From: Candidatus Sumerlaeia bacterium
GTDB lineage: Bacteria > Sumerlaeota > Sumerlaeia > SLMS01 > JANRJK01
Length of the DNA stretch: 64,000 nucleotides
Direction of reading: 5' to 3'
Assembly: GCA_033764015.1 (NCBI GenBank)
Contig: JANRJK010000030.1
Span: 1 to 64,000, forward strand
Program-made: the position numbers and the translations under genes
Part shown: positions 7,709 to 16,912 of the stretch, in pieces
Layout: every line of letters begins with the position of its first letter
How positions within the stretch are numbered: the stretch's first letter is position 1
Notes under the pieces: model-generated
Database searches by the model: none
What the model saw: only the letters and a program-made list of their open reading frames with translations
Told to the model about the DNA's origin: nothing

Positions 7709-10372
7709 TTGAAGCTCCGAAACCTGTTCCACCTCGCTGCGCTCCTCCTAGCCGCAGCACCGCTCTCCGCACTGCAAACTCCCGACGCCCAGCTCGATCC
7801 CCTGGTCCTGCCCACCTACGACAAAGTATCGCTTGTCGCGGCGGCGCTCGGGCGGCAGGAGCAGACCGGCATCTTCCGCTTCGCGGAGCCCCACTACACA
7901 GCGCTCACACCGGAGGAAGCGGGCCTCTGGGACCAGCTCCCCGATGGGCGCATGCGCTGGCGCCTCCGCGTCGTGTCGAAGCAGGCCGAGTCGCTCAACC
8001 TCGGCTTCGACCGCTTCCACATGCCCGACGGTGGCACGATCCTCCTTTACGACACCTTTGATCCGAAGAACGCGATCGGCCCGTGGACGCAGACGCAGAA
8101 CGCCGACCACGGCGAATTCTGGACGCCGGTGCTCCTGTCCGAGGACCTCATCGTCGAAGTCATCGTGCCGCTGGAGCGCTGGAACGAGCTGGAGTTGCGG
8201 CTGCACTCGGTCAACCACGGCTTCCGCGGATTCCGCCCGGGCACCTCGCGCTCCGGCTCGTGCAACGTCGACGTGATCTGCTCCGAAGGCGACGGCTGGC
8301 GCGACGAGATCGACTCGGTCGGCGCTTACACGCTCGGTGGCGTCGACACCTGCTCCGGAGCGCTGGTGAACAACACGGCGCAGGACCTGAAGCCGTACTT
8401 CCTCACCGCGAACCATTGCGGCATCACGACGGGCAACGCGGCGTCGATGGTGATCTACTGGAACTACGAGAACTCGACGTGCCGCGCGGTGGGCAGCGGC
8501 GCCTCCGGCGGCGCGGGCAACGGCCTCGGGCCGGGCAGCCCCGGCGCCGTGACCAACTCCGGCGCGGTCTTCCGCGCCACCAACTCCACCTCCGACTTCT
8601 GCCTCGTCGAGACCTCCCAGCCGCTCAACGCCAACGCGGAAGTGTACTTCTCCGGCTGGGACGCGCGCGACCAGACGCAATCCGCCGTCGTCGCGATCCA
8701 CCACCCCGGCGTGGAGGAGAAGCGCATCAGCTTCGAGAACCAACCGACCACCATCACGGCGTATCTCCAAGACGCCGTCGACCCGACATCCACGCATATC
8801 CGGGTGGCCGACTGGGACCTCGGGACGACAGAGGGCGGTTCCTCCGGCTCGCCGCTCTTCGACGCGGCGACCAAGAGGATCGTGGGGCAGCTCCACGGCG
8901 GCTTCGCGGCGTGCGGCAACAACGATGACGACTGGTACGGGCGCGTGTTCCGCTCTTGGACCGGTGGCGGCACGAACGCGACGCGGCTTAGCAACTGGCT
9001 GGATCCGATCGGTTCCGGCGTGACGTTCCTCGACGGCCGCGGCGTCAGCGCCCTCGGTTCCGGCGGCGCGCCCACCATCGACGACAGCGCAGGCGACGGC
9101 GACGGCTCCGTCGAGCGCGGCGAAACGGGCATTGTGCTCACGCTGCCGCTCCGCAACGGCGGCACGTCCGGTGTCACGAACATCGCCGCCGTGCTCACGT
9201 CGAACTCCCCCGGCGTCGCCGTTGACCAGGGCGCGTCGGCCTACGCGAACCTCGCCGCGTCGCAGACCGGGTCGAACGCGACGCCGTTCGTGATCAGCGT
9301 CGGCGAGGACCATCCCTGCGGCGCGCCGGTCAGCCTGACGCTGACCGCCACCGCCACGGAGGAGGCCGCGCCCGTGATCGTCGCGTACACGATCCCGACC
9401 GGCCCCACCTGCAATGTGATCCCGAACCTCGCCGCCAGGTCCTGGCGAGTGACCGACGGCCTCGGAAACGGCAATGGCGTCGCCGAACCGGGCGAGACCG
9501 TGAGCCTGTGGGTGGAGATGGAGAACACGGAAGGCGCGGCGACCGGCGCGAGCGCCACGCTCCTCATGTCGTCGCCGACCGTATCGATCGTCACCGGCAC
9601 GGCGGCGTATCCCGATATGCCCTCCGGCTCCGACGCGGAGAACCTAACGCCGTTCCTGATCGCCCTGAGCGAGTCGCACCCGTGCGGGCAGCCGATCCCG
9701 TTCGACGTGTTGATGGAGACGGCGCAGGGCGACTTCATGGCCGCGGCGACCATCACCCACCCGACCGACGCGGGCCCGCCGCAGGGCTTCGAGGCCCCCT
9801 CGCTCCCCGCCGGTTGGACCGCGCCCGCGGGCACCGGGAGCGGCACGTGGCAATCCGCCGCGAACGCAAACGCTTATGAAGGCACCCGCGTGGCGACTGC
9901 CCAGCCCCCCGCGACCGCGGTCAGCGACAAGCGCCTCGTCTCTCCGGCCCTGACCGGGGTGGACCGGCTCGCGTTCCGCCACACCTTCGACATGGAGGCG
10001 AGCTCCAGCGCCGGCGGCACCGCCTACGACGGCGCTGTGATCGAGGTCTCGACCGCCGGGCCGAACGGTCCGTGGACCGACCTCGGACCGCTGATCACTT
10101 CGGGTGGCTACAACCTGACGATGAGCACGCAGTACTCGAGCCCCATCTCCGGACGCCAGTGCTGGTCGGGCGGTACCGTTGGCGCGATGTCCGAGGTGGT
10201 GGTGGACCTTTCGACCTACAGCGCCCAGACGATCCACGTGGCGTTCCGCTGGACGACGGATTCAAGCGTGGCCTCCGACTCGGGCTGGTTCATCGACTCG
10301 GTCGTCTTCAACTCGCCGGCGGAGTGCGAGCCCGTCACCGCCGAAACCCTGGAAGGCTGGATCGTGCGCTAA
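7709..10372 (+). CDS. Secreted trypsin-like serine protease (lysyl endopeptidase / Achromobacter protease I-like) with C-terminal Ig-like and MAM-like domains
   Basis: TTG start with signal peptide MKLRNLFHLAALLLAAAPLSA. Propeptide, then SGSCNVDVIC, LTANHC, SDFCLV and GGSSGSPLF. Two DxxGxGxGxxExGET Ig-like repeats. Ends in EGWIVR. Confidence 0.88.
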   Translation: MKLRNLFHLAALLLAAAPLSALQTPDAQLDPLVLPTYDKVSLVAAALGRQEQTGIFRFAEPHYTALTPEEAGLWDQLPDGRMRWRLRVVSKQAESLNLGFDRFHMPDGGTILLYDTFDPKNAIGPWTQTQNADHGEFWTPVLLSEDLIVEVIVPLERWNELELRLHSVNHGFRGFRPGTSRSGSCNVDVICSEGDGWRDEIDSVGAYTLGGVDTCSGALVNNTAQDLKPYFLTANHCGITTGNAASMVIYWNYENSTCRAVGSGASGGAGNGLGPGSPGAVTNSGAVFRATNSTSDFCLVETSQPLNANAEVYFSGWDARDQTQSAVVAIHHPGVEEKRISFENQPTTITAYLQDAVDPTSTHIRVADWDLGTTEGGSSGSPLFDAATKRIVGQLHGGFAACGNNDDDWYGRVFRSWTGGGTNATRLSNWLDPIGSGVTFLDGRGVSALGSGGAPTIDDSAGDGDGSVERGETGIVLTLPLRNGGTSGVTNIAAVLTSNSPGVAVDQGASAYANLAASQTGSNATPFVISVGEDHPCGAPVSLTLTATATEEAAPVIVAYTIPTGPTCNVIPNLAARSWRVTDGLGNGNGVAEPGETVSLWVEMENTEGAATGASATLLMSSPTVSIVTGTAAYPDMPSGSDAENLTPFLIALSESHPCGQPIPFDVLMETAQGDFMAAATITHPTDAGPPQGFEAPSLPAGWTAPAGTGSGTWQSAANANAYEGTRVATAQPPATAVSDKRLVSPALTGVDRLAFRHTFDMEASSSAGGTAYDGAVIEVSTAGPNGPWTDLGPLITSGGYNLTMSTQYSSPISGRQCWSGGTVGAMSEVVVDLSTYSAQTIHVAFRWTTDSSVASDSGWFIDSVVFNSPAECEPVTAETLEGWIVR

Positions 10373-10398
10373 GGCGCCGGCTTCCCGGATCCTCCACC

Positions 10399-10438
10399 CG
10401 GCCCCGGAGGCGCACGCCTCCGGGGCCGTTCTTGTTCC
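10399..10438 (+). terminator. Intrinsic terminator hairpin between convergent genes
   Basis: CGGCCCCGGAGGCG / CGCCTCCGGGGCCG perfect inverted repeat (10399-10428) followed by TTCTTGTT. Confidence 0.75.
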
Positions 10439-10443
10439 AAGGG

Positions 10444-11592
10444 CTACAACAGCACCCATCCGCCGGCGAGGTATCCGGCGAAGCCCGAGAGCTGGCCCCC
10501 CCAGTACCCCCAGGCGGCGGCTCGCGCCTCGCGCCGGTGGCGGGCCGGGGCGCCCGCGGGATCCTCCGCGAGCTCCCGCGCGTGGCGCAGGCGCAGGATC
10601 CCCGGGTACCACAGGAAGTACATCGCGTTCATGCCGCCGAAGAAGAGCAGGCCGCTCGAAACGTAGAGCGCCCAGCGCCAGCCCTCCGGCGCCAGACCCG
10701 TGGCCACGAACCCCGCGCAACCCGCGACGATGAGCGCGAACAGCGCGCGGCGGAAGGCCACGAATCCCGCGCGCTCGGCGCCGGGAGCCGCCTCCGCGAC
10801 AAGCTGGCGCGTGCCGTAGTGGGCGCCGAGCAGCCCGCCCGCCAGGCCCGCCAGCGCGCCCGCGAACGGCGCCAGCACCTTGCCCAATGCGCCGAGCCCG
10901 CCCGCTTGAAGGACACCCGCCGCGGTCGCCGTCGCCGCCGCCGCGGTCGCCGGCGTCGCCCCGACAAGCGCGGCCATCACGGCGCCCGTGAACGCTGCAC
11001 CGGGCGCGGTCCGCGACAGCGATTCCCCGAGCCGCTCCAGCGCCGCATCGCGCAACTTCCTTCGAGCGCGGGAGAGGCGCTGCTTCACCGCGTCCTCCGA
11101 CAGCTCGAGCAGCTCCGCCACCTGCGCCACGGAGCGCCCCTCGCGGTAGTAGAGGATGAGGACTTCGCGCGCGTCGTCGGGGAGTTCGTCGAGCGCCCGC
11201 GCAAGGGCGTCGGCTTCGCGGTCGGCATCGAGGGCGGCCTGGATTCCCGGGCGCGGGTCGTGCGCTTCCCCGGCGAGGGCGGCGGCCGCTTCGTGGCGGG
11301 CGCGGAGCCGCCCCGCGCCGCGCAGGAACGCCGCCGCGCGCTGGCGGGCGAGCTGCCTCAGCCAAGGGAGGAAGCTCGCGGCGTTCCGCAGCTTCGGCAG
11401 GTTGCGCCACGCCGCGACGTACACCTCCTGGGCCACGTCCTCGCTGGCGTCGTGGTCGCGGGTGGCGGCGAGCGCGATGCTGCAGACGAGCCGCTGCGTG
11501 GCGGCGACCAGCCGCTCGAAGGCAGCCTCGTCGCCGCGCGCCGCCGCCAGCACGTCAGCCTCGCGGACGGTTGCGAGCGCCGACCCCGTCAC
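10444..11592 (-). CDS. ECF sigma-70 factor with C-terminal transmembrane extension
   Basis: Region 2 (GDEAAFERLV, DASEDVAQEVYVAAW, SFLPWL) and region 4 (LYYREGRSVAQVAELL, VKQRLSRAR), followed by about four TM segments. GTG start overlaps the upstream stop (GTGA). Confidence 0.88.
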   Translation of the reverse strand: MTGSALATVREADVLAAARGDEAAFERLVAATQRLVCSIALAATRDHDASEDVAQEVYVAAWRNLPKLRNAASFLPWLRQLARQRAAAFLRGAGRLRARHEAAAALAGEAHDPRPGIQAALDADREADALARALDELPDDAREVLILYYREGRSVAQVAELLELSEDAVKQRLSRARRKLRDAALERLGESLSRTAPGAAFTGAVMAALVGATPATAAAATATAAGVLQAGGLGALGKVLAPFAGALAGLAGGLLGAHYGTRQLVAEAAPGAERAGFVAFRRALFALIVAGCAGFVATGLAPEGWRWALYVSSGLLFFGGMNAMYFLWYPGILRLRHARELAEDPAGAPARHRREARAAAWGYWGGQLSGFAGYLAGGWVLL

Positions 11593-12467
11593 TTCGCCGG
11601 CTCCGCGCGGTTCTGCGCGAGGAACCCTTCCAGTTCGGCGAAGAACCATGCCGGGTCGTCGTACATGATGAAGTGGCGCGCGTCCTTCGCCTCCGCCAGC
11701 CTCGCGTTGCGGATCGGGGCCGCCTGCGCGGCGAAGGCCGCTTTGATGGGCTCGTACATCGGCGTGCCCTCCGCCTGGTGCGTCGCCATCATGAGCAGCA
11801 CGGGGGACTCGATCGCGGCGACCTCGTCGCGCCAGTCCGTCGTCATCAGTTCGTACATCGCATCGCCCACGGTGGCCCGGTCGGAGGCCATCGCCCAGCC
11901 CACCGCCTCCTCGAAGTGCGAATCGCTCTTCATCAGGAAGCGCATGCTCATCCGGCTTTGCGCCTCGAAGGCGTCGTCCGCTGCGTTGCGCATCATCCCC
12001 GCCATGAAGCCCGCGTTCGTGGTCGAGGTCTCCTCCGTCGCCGCGGGGTCGTACAGCCCCGACAGGAACGGAACGCCGTCCACGGCGACCACGGGGCCGA
12101 TCTTGCCCGGCGCCGTCGCGGCGAGCGCCAGCGCCGTCGTCGCGCCGAGGCTATGCCCGATCACGACCGGCCGCGCGAGCGCCTCCTTGTCGATGTAGGC
12201 GAGCAGCTCGCGCCGGACCGCGCCGAGGAACGGGCGCTCCGCGACCGGCGGCTGCCCCGCGAACCCCGCCAGCGTCACCACATGGCATTCGTAGCGGTCC
12301 TTCAGGCGCGCCACCGTTTCGTCCCACACATCGCCGGACGACATCAGCCCGGGGATCAGCAGCACCGGCGGGCCTTCGCCGGAGACCTCGACGGCGAACA
12401 GGGGGGGCTCCTCCGCGAACGCGGAAGAGGTGGAGATCAAGGCGGCGAGGAACACGGCGAGGCGCAT
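11589..12467 (-). CDS. Secreted alpha/beta-fold hydrolase
   Basis: Signal peptide MRLAVFLAALISTSSAFA, LIPG oxyanion motif, GHSLG nucleophile elbow, ARHFIMYD. GGAG RBS upstream. Confidence 0.87.
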   Translation of the reverse strand: MRLAVFLAALISTSSAFAEEPPLFAVEVSGEGPPVLLIPGLMSSGDVWDETVARLKDRYECHVVTLAGFAGQPPVAERPFLGAVRRELLAYIDKEALARPVVIGHSLGATTALALAATAPGKIGPVVAVDGVPFLSGLYDPAATEETSTTNAGFMAGMMRNAADDAFEAQSRMSMRFLMKSDSHFEEAVGWAMASDRATVGDAMYELMTTDWRDEVAAIESPVLLMMATHQAEGTPMYEPIKAAFAAQAAPIRNARLAEAKDARHFIMYDDPAWFFAELEGFLAQNRAEPAK

Positions 12468-12585
12468 CGTGGCGGCTCCTGTGAAGGGGTGGATTCGATC
12501 ACAAGGATGCCACCCGGAGGAAAGGGTGACAGCGGCGCACAAAGAAATCCGAGTGGTCCGGCGGAAACCGAGGCCCTGACGTCCC

Positions 12586-13323
12586 CTAGTACAGCGTCCA
12601 GCCGCTCGGCGCGGGCTCCGCGAGCTGCAGCGTCAGCGTCGGCCGGTCCGTCGCGTCGGAGGCGGCCTCGCTCGTGTAGAAGCGCTTGGCGCTACGGCGT
12701 TGCGCCTCGTCGCCGCGGACCACCCACCCATGGTTCGCGGCGGGATCCGCGCGCCAGGCCTCGATGTCGGCCAGGAGCCCCGCGCCGGAGAACACCGTCT
12801 CGGTGCCCGGCCCGGCGCCGTTGGCGGTGGCGGACGCCGTCGCCACGTAGTCGCCGCCCGGCGTCGTCCAAGCCTGCTGCTGGTGCGCCGCGGAAAGCCA
12901 GGTCGCGTCGCCGGCCGCGGCGGGCGCTCCCTGCCCGGGATCAGAAACGGGGTTCACGCTCCCCTCGCCCCACGCGCGGGTCGCGCGGTGGAGCGTGAAG
13001 TCCTGCGCTTCCGACATGCCCGAGCGGTCCACCACCAGTCGCAGCGTCGCGTCCGTGACAACCGCGTCCGACGGCAGCGCCGAAAGATCGAACCGCACCA
13101 GCCCGCGGCGGGTGAAGTTCTGGTTCGTGCGGCCGACGATCAGGTAGATCAGGGCGCCCGCGCTGTTGTTCTCGTACGCCGCCCCTTCGAAGACAGAGGC
13201 GTCGGCGGTTCCGGCATAGCCGTCGAGCCCCTCGCGGAGCACAAGCGGCGCCGCGGCGGCGGGGGAGGGCCCCGCCGCCGACAGCAAACCGATCATTGGA
13301 ATCAACGCTACGGATCGAATCAC
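12586..13323 (-). CDS. Secreted DNRLRE/CBM96-like domain protein
   Basis: GTG start overlaps the DUF1501 stop. Signal-like N-terminus. Motifs ADASVFE, RRGLVRFDLSALP, NHGWVVR, FYTSE..RPTL. Ends in SGWTLY. Confidence 0.75.
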   Translation of the reverse strand: MIRSVALIPMIGLLSAAGPSPAAAAPLVLREGLDGYAGTADASVFEGAAYENNSAGALIYLIVGRTNQNFTRRGLVRFDLSALPSDAVVTDATLRLVVDRSGMSEAQDFTLHRATRAWGEGSVNPVSDPGQGAPAAAGDATWLSAAHQQQAWTTPGGDYVATASATANGAGPGTETVFSGAGLLADIEAWRADPAANHGWVVRGDEAQRRSAKRFYTSEAASDATDRPTLTLQLAEPAPSGWTLY

Positions 13324-14669
13324 TGGTAGGATTGCCAACTCCTTGCGCCCGCGGCGGTGGATCGGAGGAAGCCAAGCTGCGGCAGCTCTCCGGCGATCAC
13401 GCTGTCGTACACCTGCTGGCCGAAGGCGCCGACCGGGTCGCCGTTGAACCAGTCCTGCATGAACTTGGCATAGACCGACCGGAAGTCGATCGCGTGCGCA
13501 AGGCTGCCGTTCACCAGCGACGACGGGTCGAGGTTCGGCTGCCCGCCGTAGACTCCGCCCTGGACGCCTCCGCCCAGGACGAACATGCAGTTCGCCGCCC
13601 CGTGGTCCGTGCCGCGGCTGCCGTTCTCCTTCACCCGCCGTCCGAACTCCGAGAACGTCATCACCACCACGCGGTCCAGGTTCCCGCTCAGCTCCATCTC
13701 CGTCAGGAAGGCGTGCAGCCCCGCGTCCAGATCGCGGAGCAGCTCCGGATGGTCGCCGAAGACCAGCGGATCGCCGGTCTGGATCTGGTTCGCGTGCGTG
13801 TCGTAGCCGCCTTGCGAAACGTAGAACACGCGCGTGCCGAAGCCGCCGCGGATGATCTGCGACACGAGCTTCAGCCCGTCGCCGAGCGAGCCCGCCGGGT
13901 ACGATCCGTCCGGCACCAGCGCGGGCAGCGACGCCGCGTTCGCGATGTCCGCGGTGGACGCCTCCGCCACGTTGACGCTGCGCTGGATGAACTCGAGGTT
14001 CGGGTCGACGGTGCCCGGGGCGTTGAGCGCGTTGATCGCCGCGAGGCGCAGGTCGCGGTCCGACGCGGTGGCGAAGGAGTAGCTCGAGGCGCTCCGCACC
14101 GCGGGCGGCGTGTACCGCGTCGAGCCGTTCATCGAGTCCGGCACGTTCGAGATGCCGCAGCCGCACATCAGCAGCGCGTCCGGGTCCGGGGCGCCTTGGC
14201 AGTGGTTGTCGTAGAACCGCGCCATCCAGCCGCTGGTGGGCTTCACGAGGTCCGGCGTGTAGCCGTACTCGTAGTAGTCCGTCGCGACGAAGTGCGAGAA
14301 GTTCGGGTTCAGGTAGCCGACGTTGTGCACCACCGCGAGGCGGCCCTGCTGGTACCAGTTGGCGAGGTTCGCCAGCCGCGGGTGCAGGCCGTTCAGCCCG
14401 TCGAGGGCGATCTCGGAGCCCTGCGGCACGCGGATCGTCGGGCGCGTCGCCGCGTCGTAGTAGATCGCGTCGCTCCGCGGGATCACCGTGTTCAGCCCGT
14501 CGTTCCCTCCCGACTGCTGGAGGATCACGAGGATCTTGTCGGAGGAGAAGCAGTCGGCCTGCATGGCGTGGGCGGTGCGGACGATCCAGTTCGGCGTCGT
14601 CGCGGCCGTGGAGAAGTACGCGAGGCTCGAGAGCCCCAACTGCATGAAGCGGCGGCGGGAAAGGCTCAT
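13320..14669 (-). CDS. DUF1501 family protein with Tat signal peptide
   Basis: SRRRFMQ twin-arginine motif, SGGNDGLNTVIP, PNFSHF, GGYDTHANQ, TFSEFGRRVKENGSRGTDHG. Confidence 0.92.
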   Translation of the reverse strand: MSLSRRRFMQLGLSSLAYFSTAATTPNWIVRTAHAMQADCFSSDKILVILQQSGGNDGLNTVIPRSDAIYYDAATRPTIRVPQGSEIALDGLNGLHPRLANLANWYQQGRLAVVHNVGYLNPNFSHFVATDYYEYGYTPDLVKPTSGWMARFYDNHCQGAPDPDALLMCGCGISNVPDSMNGSTRYTPPAVRSASSYSFATASDRDLRLAAINALNAPGTVDPNLEFIQRSVNVAEASTADIANAASLPALVPDGSYPAGSLGDGLKLVSQIIRGGFGTRVFYVSQGGYDTHANQIQTGDPLVFGDHPELLRDLDAGLHAFLTEMELSGNLDRVVVMTFSEFGRRVKENGSRGTDHGAANCMFVLGGGVQGGVYGGQPNLDPSSLVNGSLAHAIDFRSVYAKFMQDWFNGDPVGAFGQQVYDSVIAGELPQLGFLRSTAAGARSWQSYQ

Positions 14670-14688
14670 GGGATGTGTGTCCTCGCGC

Positions 14689-16242
14689 TCACTTGAGCTG
14701 GTATCGGGGGAGGGTCATGAAGATGTGGACCAGTCCGCGCACCTTGCGGCGGTACTTCGTCGTGGTGCTTCCGGTGCCCGACTGGATGCCGTCGAGGAAC
14801 GCCGCCAGCGCGGCCTCCTCTTCCGGGCGCAGCGCCGTCTGGATCATGCGGCGCCGGAAGTACTCCACCAGCCCCGCGTGGTCCGACTCGTTGGCCACCT
14901 CGCCCGACGCCAGGATCGCGTCGACCCACGCGTCCGTCGCGATGCCGGTGCCCGAGAGGCGGTTCGCGTAGTTGAACCGCGTGATCAGCGTGCCCGAGTT
15001 GATCCACGCCTTGCCGTGGTTCCACCCCGCCACATTCGGCGCGTTGAAGGGGCCCATCCCCATCGTGAGGATGTTCGACGCGTACGTGCCCGCGTAGCCG
15101 TTCTCCTCGAGGCCGAGCGTCCGCAGCGCCATCGTGCAGTAGTCGATCGGATGCTTGTACATCGCGTAGCGGTACGCCGCGTCGTAGAAGAACGCGGAGT
15201 TGAAGAGCGTCCGAAGCGTCTCGCGCACGTTGAAGCCGCTGTCGCGGAAGAAGGTGGCCAGCTCGCCCACCGCCGCGTGGTCCATCGGCACGTCCTCGTG
15301 GACGAACCACTTGATGAACTTCCACGCCATGTAGATCGCGGTCGCGGGCAGCGTGGCGTGGAACGGCGTGATGTCGGCCCCGCTCACCCAGTTCGCGATC
15401 AACTCGACCACGTAGTCGGTGTCCTCGCCGGGTCCGGGGAGGTTGAACGAATCGCCGAAGACGATCTTCGGATTCGTGTCGTGCTTCGTGGCGTCGTAGA
15501 GGTGCGTGAAGGGGTAGTCGGCCTGGCAGAGGTTGTTCACCGTCTCGCCGGTGAAGGCGCGCGAGACGGCCTTCACGTCGGCCTCCGTGTAGTTGCCGAC
15601 GCCCATGGAGAACAGCTCCATGATCTCGCGGCCGTAGTTCTCCTGCGGCTTCCCGACGACGTTCGTCGCGTTGTCCAGGTAGAACAGCATCGCGGGGTCG
15701 CGAGTGACCTTTTTCAGCAGCTCGACGTAGGAGCCGAACCCGTCCACGCGGAACAGGTTCGTCTGGTCGCGCAGCATGCGGTTCAGGATGCGGTTCTTCC
15801 GGTTGGGGTCCGGCGCCAGGGTGCCAGTCGTGCAGCGCTGGCCCGCAAGCGAGCCGTCGTTGCCGTCGTTCACGGAGGTGGTGATGCTCGTCGCGACTTT
15901 CGGGAAGTCGGAGACCAGCGTGTCGTGCAGGAAGAGCGCGAACTGCTCCTGCAGCGGCTGGTTGGTCTTCGCGAAGCGGAAGAGCCACCAGCCCACCAGA
16001 TCGTTCTGGCGGACCGGGTCCTTGATGCGGAGTCCATCCGTGGTGTCGGGGAGCGCGAGGATCGCGTCCTCGAGCGCCTGGTCAACGGGAGGGAAGTCGA
16101 CGAAGGAGTCCACGGCGGTCGCGCGGTCCGTCGCGGCGAGCGCCGCAAGTTCCGCGACACGGGCTCCGAAGCCCGCACGGCGCGCGAGATGCGCCGCCTC
16201 CTCCTCCCCCCAAGCTCCAGCGTAAGGGTCGAGCCAAGCCAT
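14689..16242 (-). CDS. DUF1800 family protein
   Basis: AAHLARRAGFG, DPAMLFYLDN, ENYGREIMELFSMGVGNYTEADV, APNVAGW. Located upstream of DUF1501, as usual for this pair. Confidence 0.92.
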   Translation of the reverse strand: MAWLDPYAGAWGEEEAAHLARRAGFGARVAELAALAATDRATAVDSFVDFPPVDQALEDAILALPDTTDGLRIKDPVRQNDLVGWWLFRFAKTNQPLQEQFALFLHDTLVSDFPKVATSITTSVNDGNDGSLAGQRCTTGTLAPDPNRKNRILNRMLRDQTNLFRVDGFGSYVELLKKVTRDPAMLFYLDNATNVVGKPQENYGREIMELFSMGVGNYTEADVKAVSRAFTGETVNNLCQADYPFTHLYDATKHDTNPKIVFGDSFNLPGPGEDTDYVVELIANWVSGADITPFHATLPATAIYMAWKFIKWFVHEDVPMDHAAVGELATFFRDSGFNVRETLRTLFNSAFFYDAAYRYAMYKHPIDYCTMALRTLGLEENGYAGTYASNILTMGMGPFNAPNVAGWNHGKAWINSGTLITRFNYANRLSGTGIATDAWVDAILASGEVANESDHAGLVEYFRRRMIQTALRPEEEAALAAFLDGIQSGTGSTTTKYRRKVRGLVHIFMTLPRYQLK

Positions 16243-16490
16243 CGATGTTTCCAGGGGTGCTGCGGATATCGTAGCTGGCGCTTCCGCAATCCCGGTGCCG
16301 ACTTCGCCGGGAGTGCCGGCGGAGCCTTCCGGAATCGCCGAACCCCTTCAGTAACAGTAATCCACGATCGGATCGCGCCCGCGTCGGTGGGGATCGGCCA
16401 TCCGTCACCGCACCGTTTGGAACGGGCCGCGGACCTCCTGAGTGCTGTTCAAGGTACAGTTTCTGTGCATAGGATCGCGCAAGCGGGGGA

Positions 16491-16790
16491 CTATGCGAGC
16501 TCTTCGCCGAATCCCGAGGCGATCAGGTCGCGGAGTTTCCCCGCCGCGTCCGCGGCGCCCTGCCCGCGCGCGCAGATCGTCAGCTTCGTTCCGGGGCCCG
16601 CCGCGAGCATCATCAGGCCGAAGATGCTCTTGCCGCTCACCTCGAAGCCGTCCTTGCGGACGCTGATCTCGGCGGCGGGGAACTGGCCCGCGACGCGGAC
16701 GAACTGGCTGGCGGGGCGCCCGTGCATCCCCTGCTTGTTCGTGATCGTCACGCAGACCTCGGCGAAGGTGTCGCTGATGGTGGAGTCCAT
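16491..16790 (-). CDS. ptsH: PTS phosphocarrier protein HPr
   Basis: NKQGMHGRPA (His15 site) and SGKSIFGLMML (Ser46 site). Confidence 0.92.
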   Translation of the reverse strand: MDSTISDTFAEVCVTITNKQGMHGRPASQFVRVAGQFPAAEISVRKDGFEVSGKSIFGLMMLAAGPGTKLTICARGQGAADAAGKLRDLIASGFGEELA

Positions 16791-16912
16791 GGCGCGGGAG
16801 TCGTCTTCGTCCGATTCTGGTCTCGTAGGGGGCAAGGCGTAGGGAAACAGTGAACACCGCCCGTGCGATCTGTCAAGCGCGGCATCGCCGCCACGCAACG
16901 CGGCGCGGCGGC

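Noticed and set aside
16243..16490. Riboswitch or leader peptide upstream of DUF1800
   Set aside because: No recognisable riboswitch consensus, and the short minus-strand ORF has no well-placed RBS.
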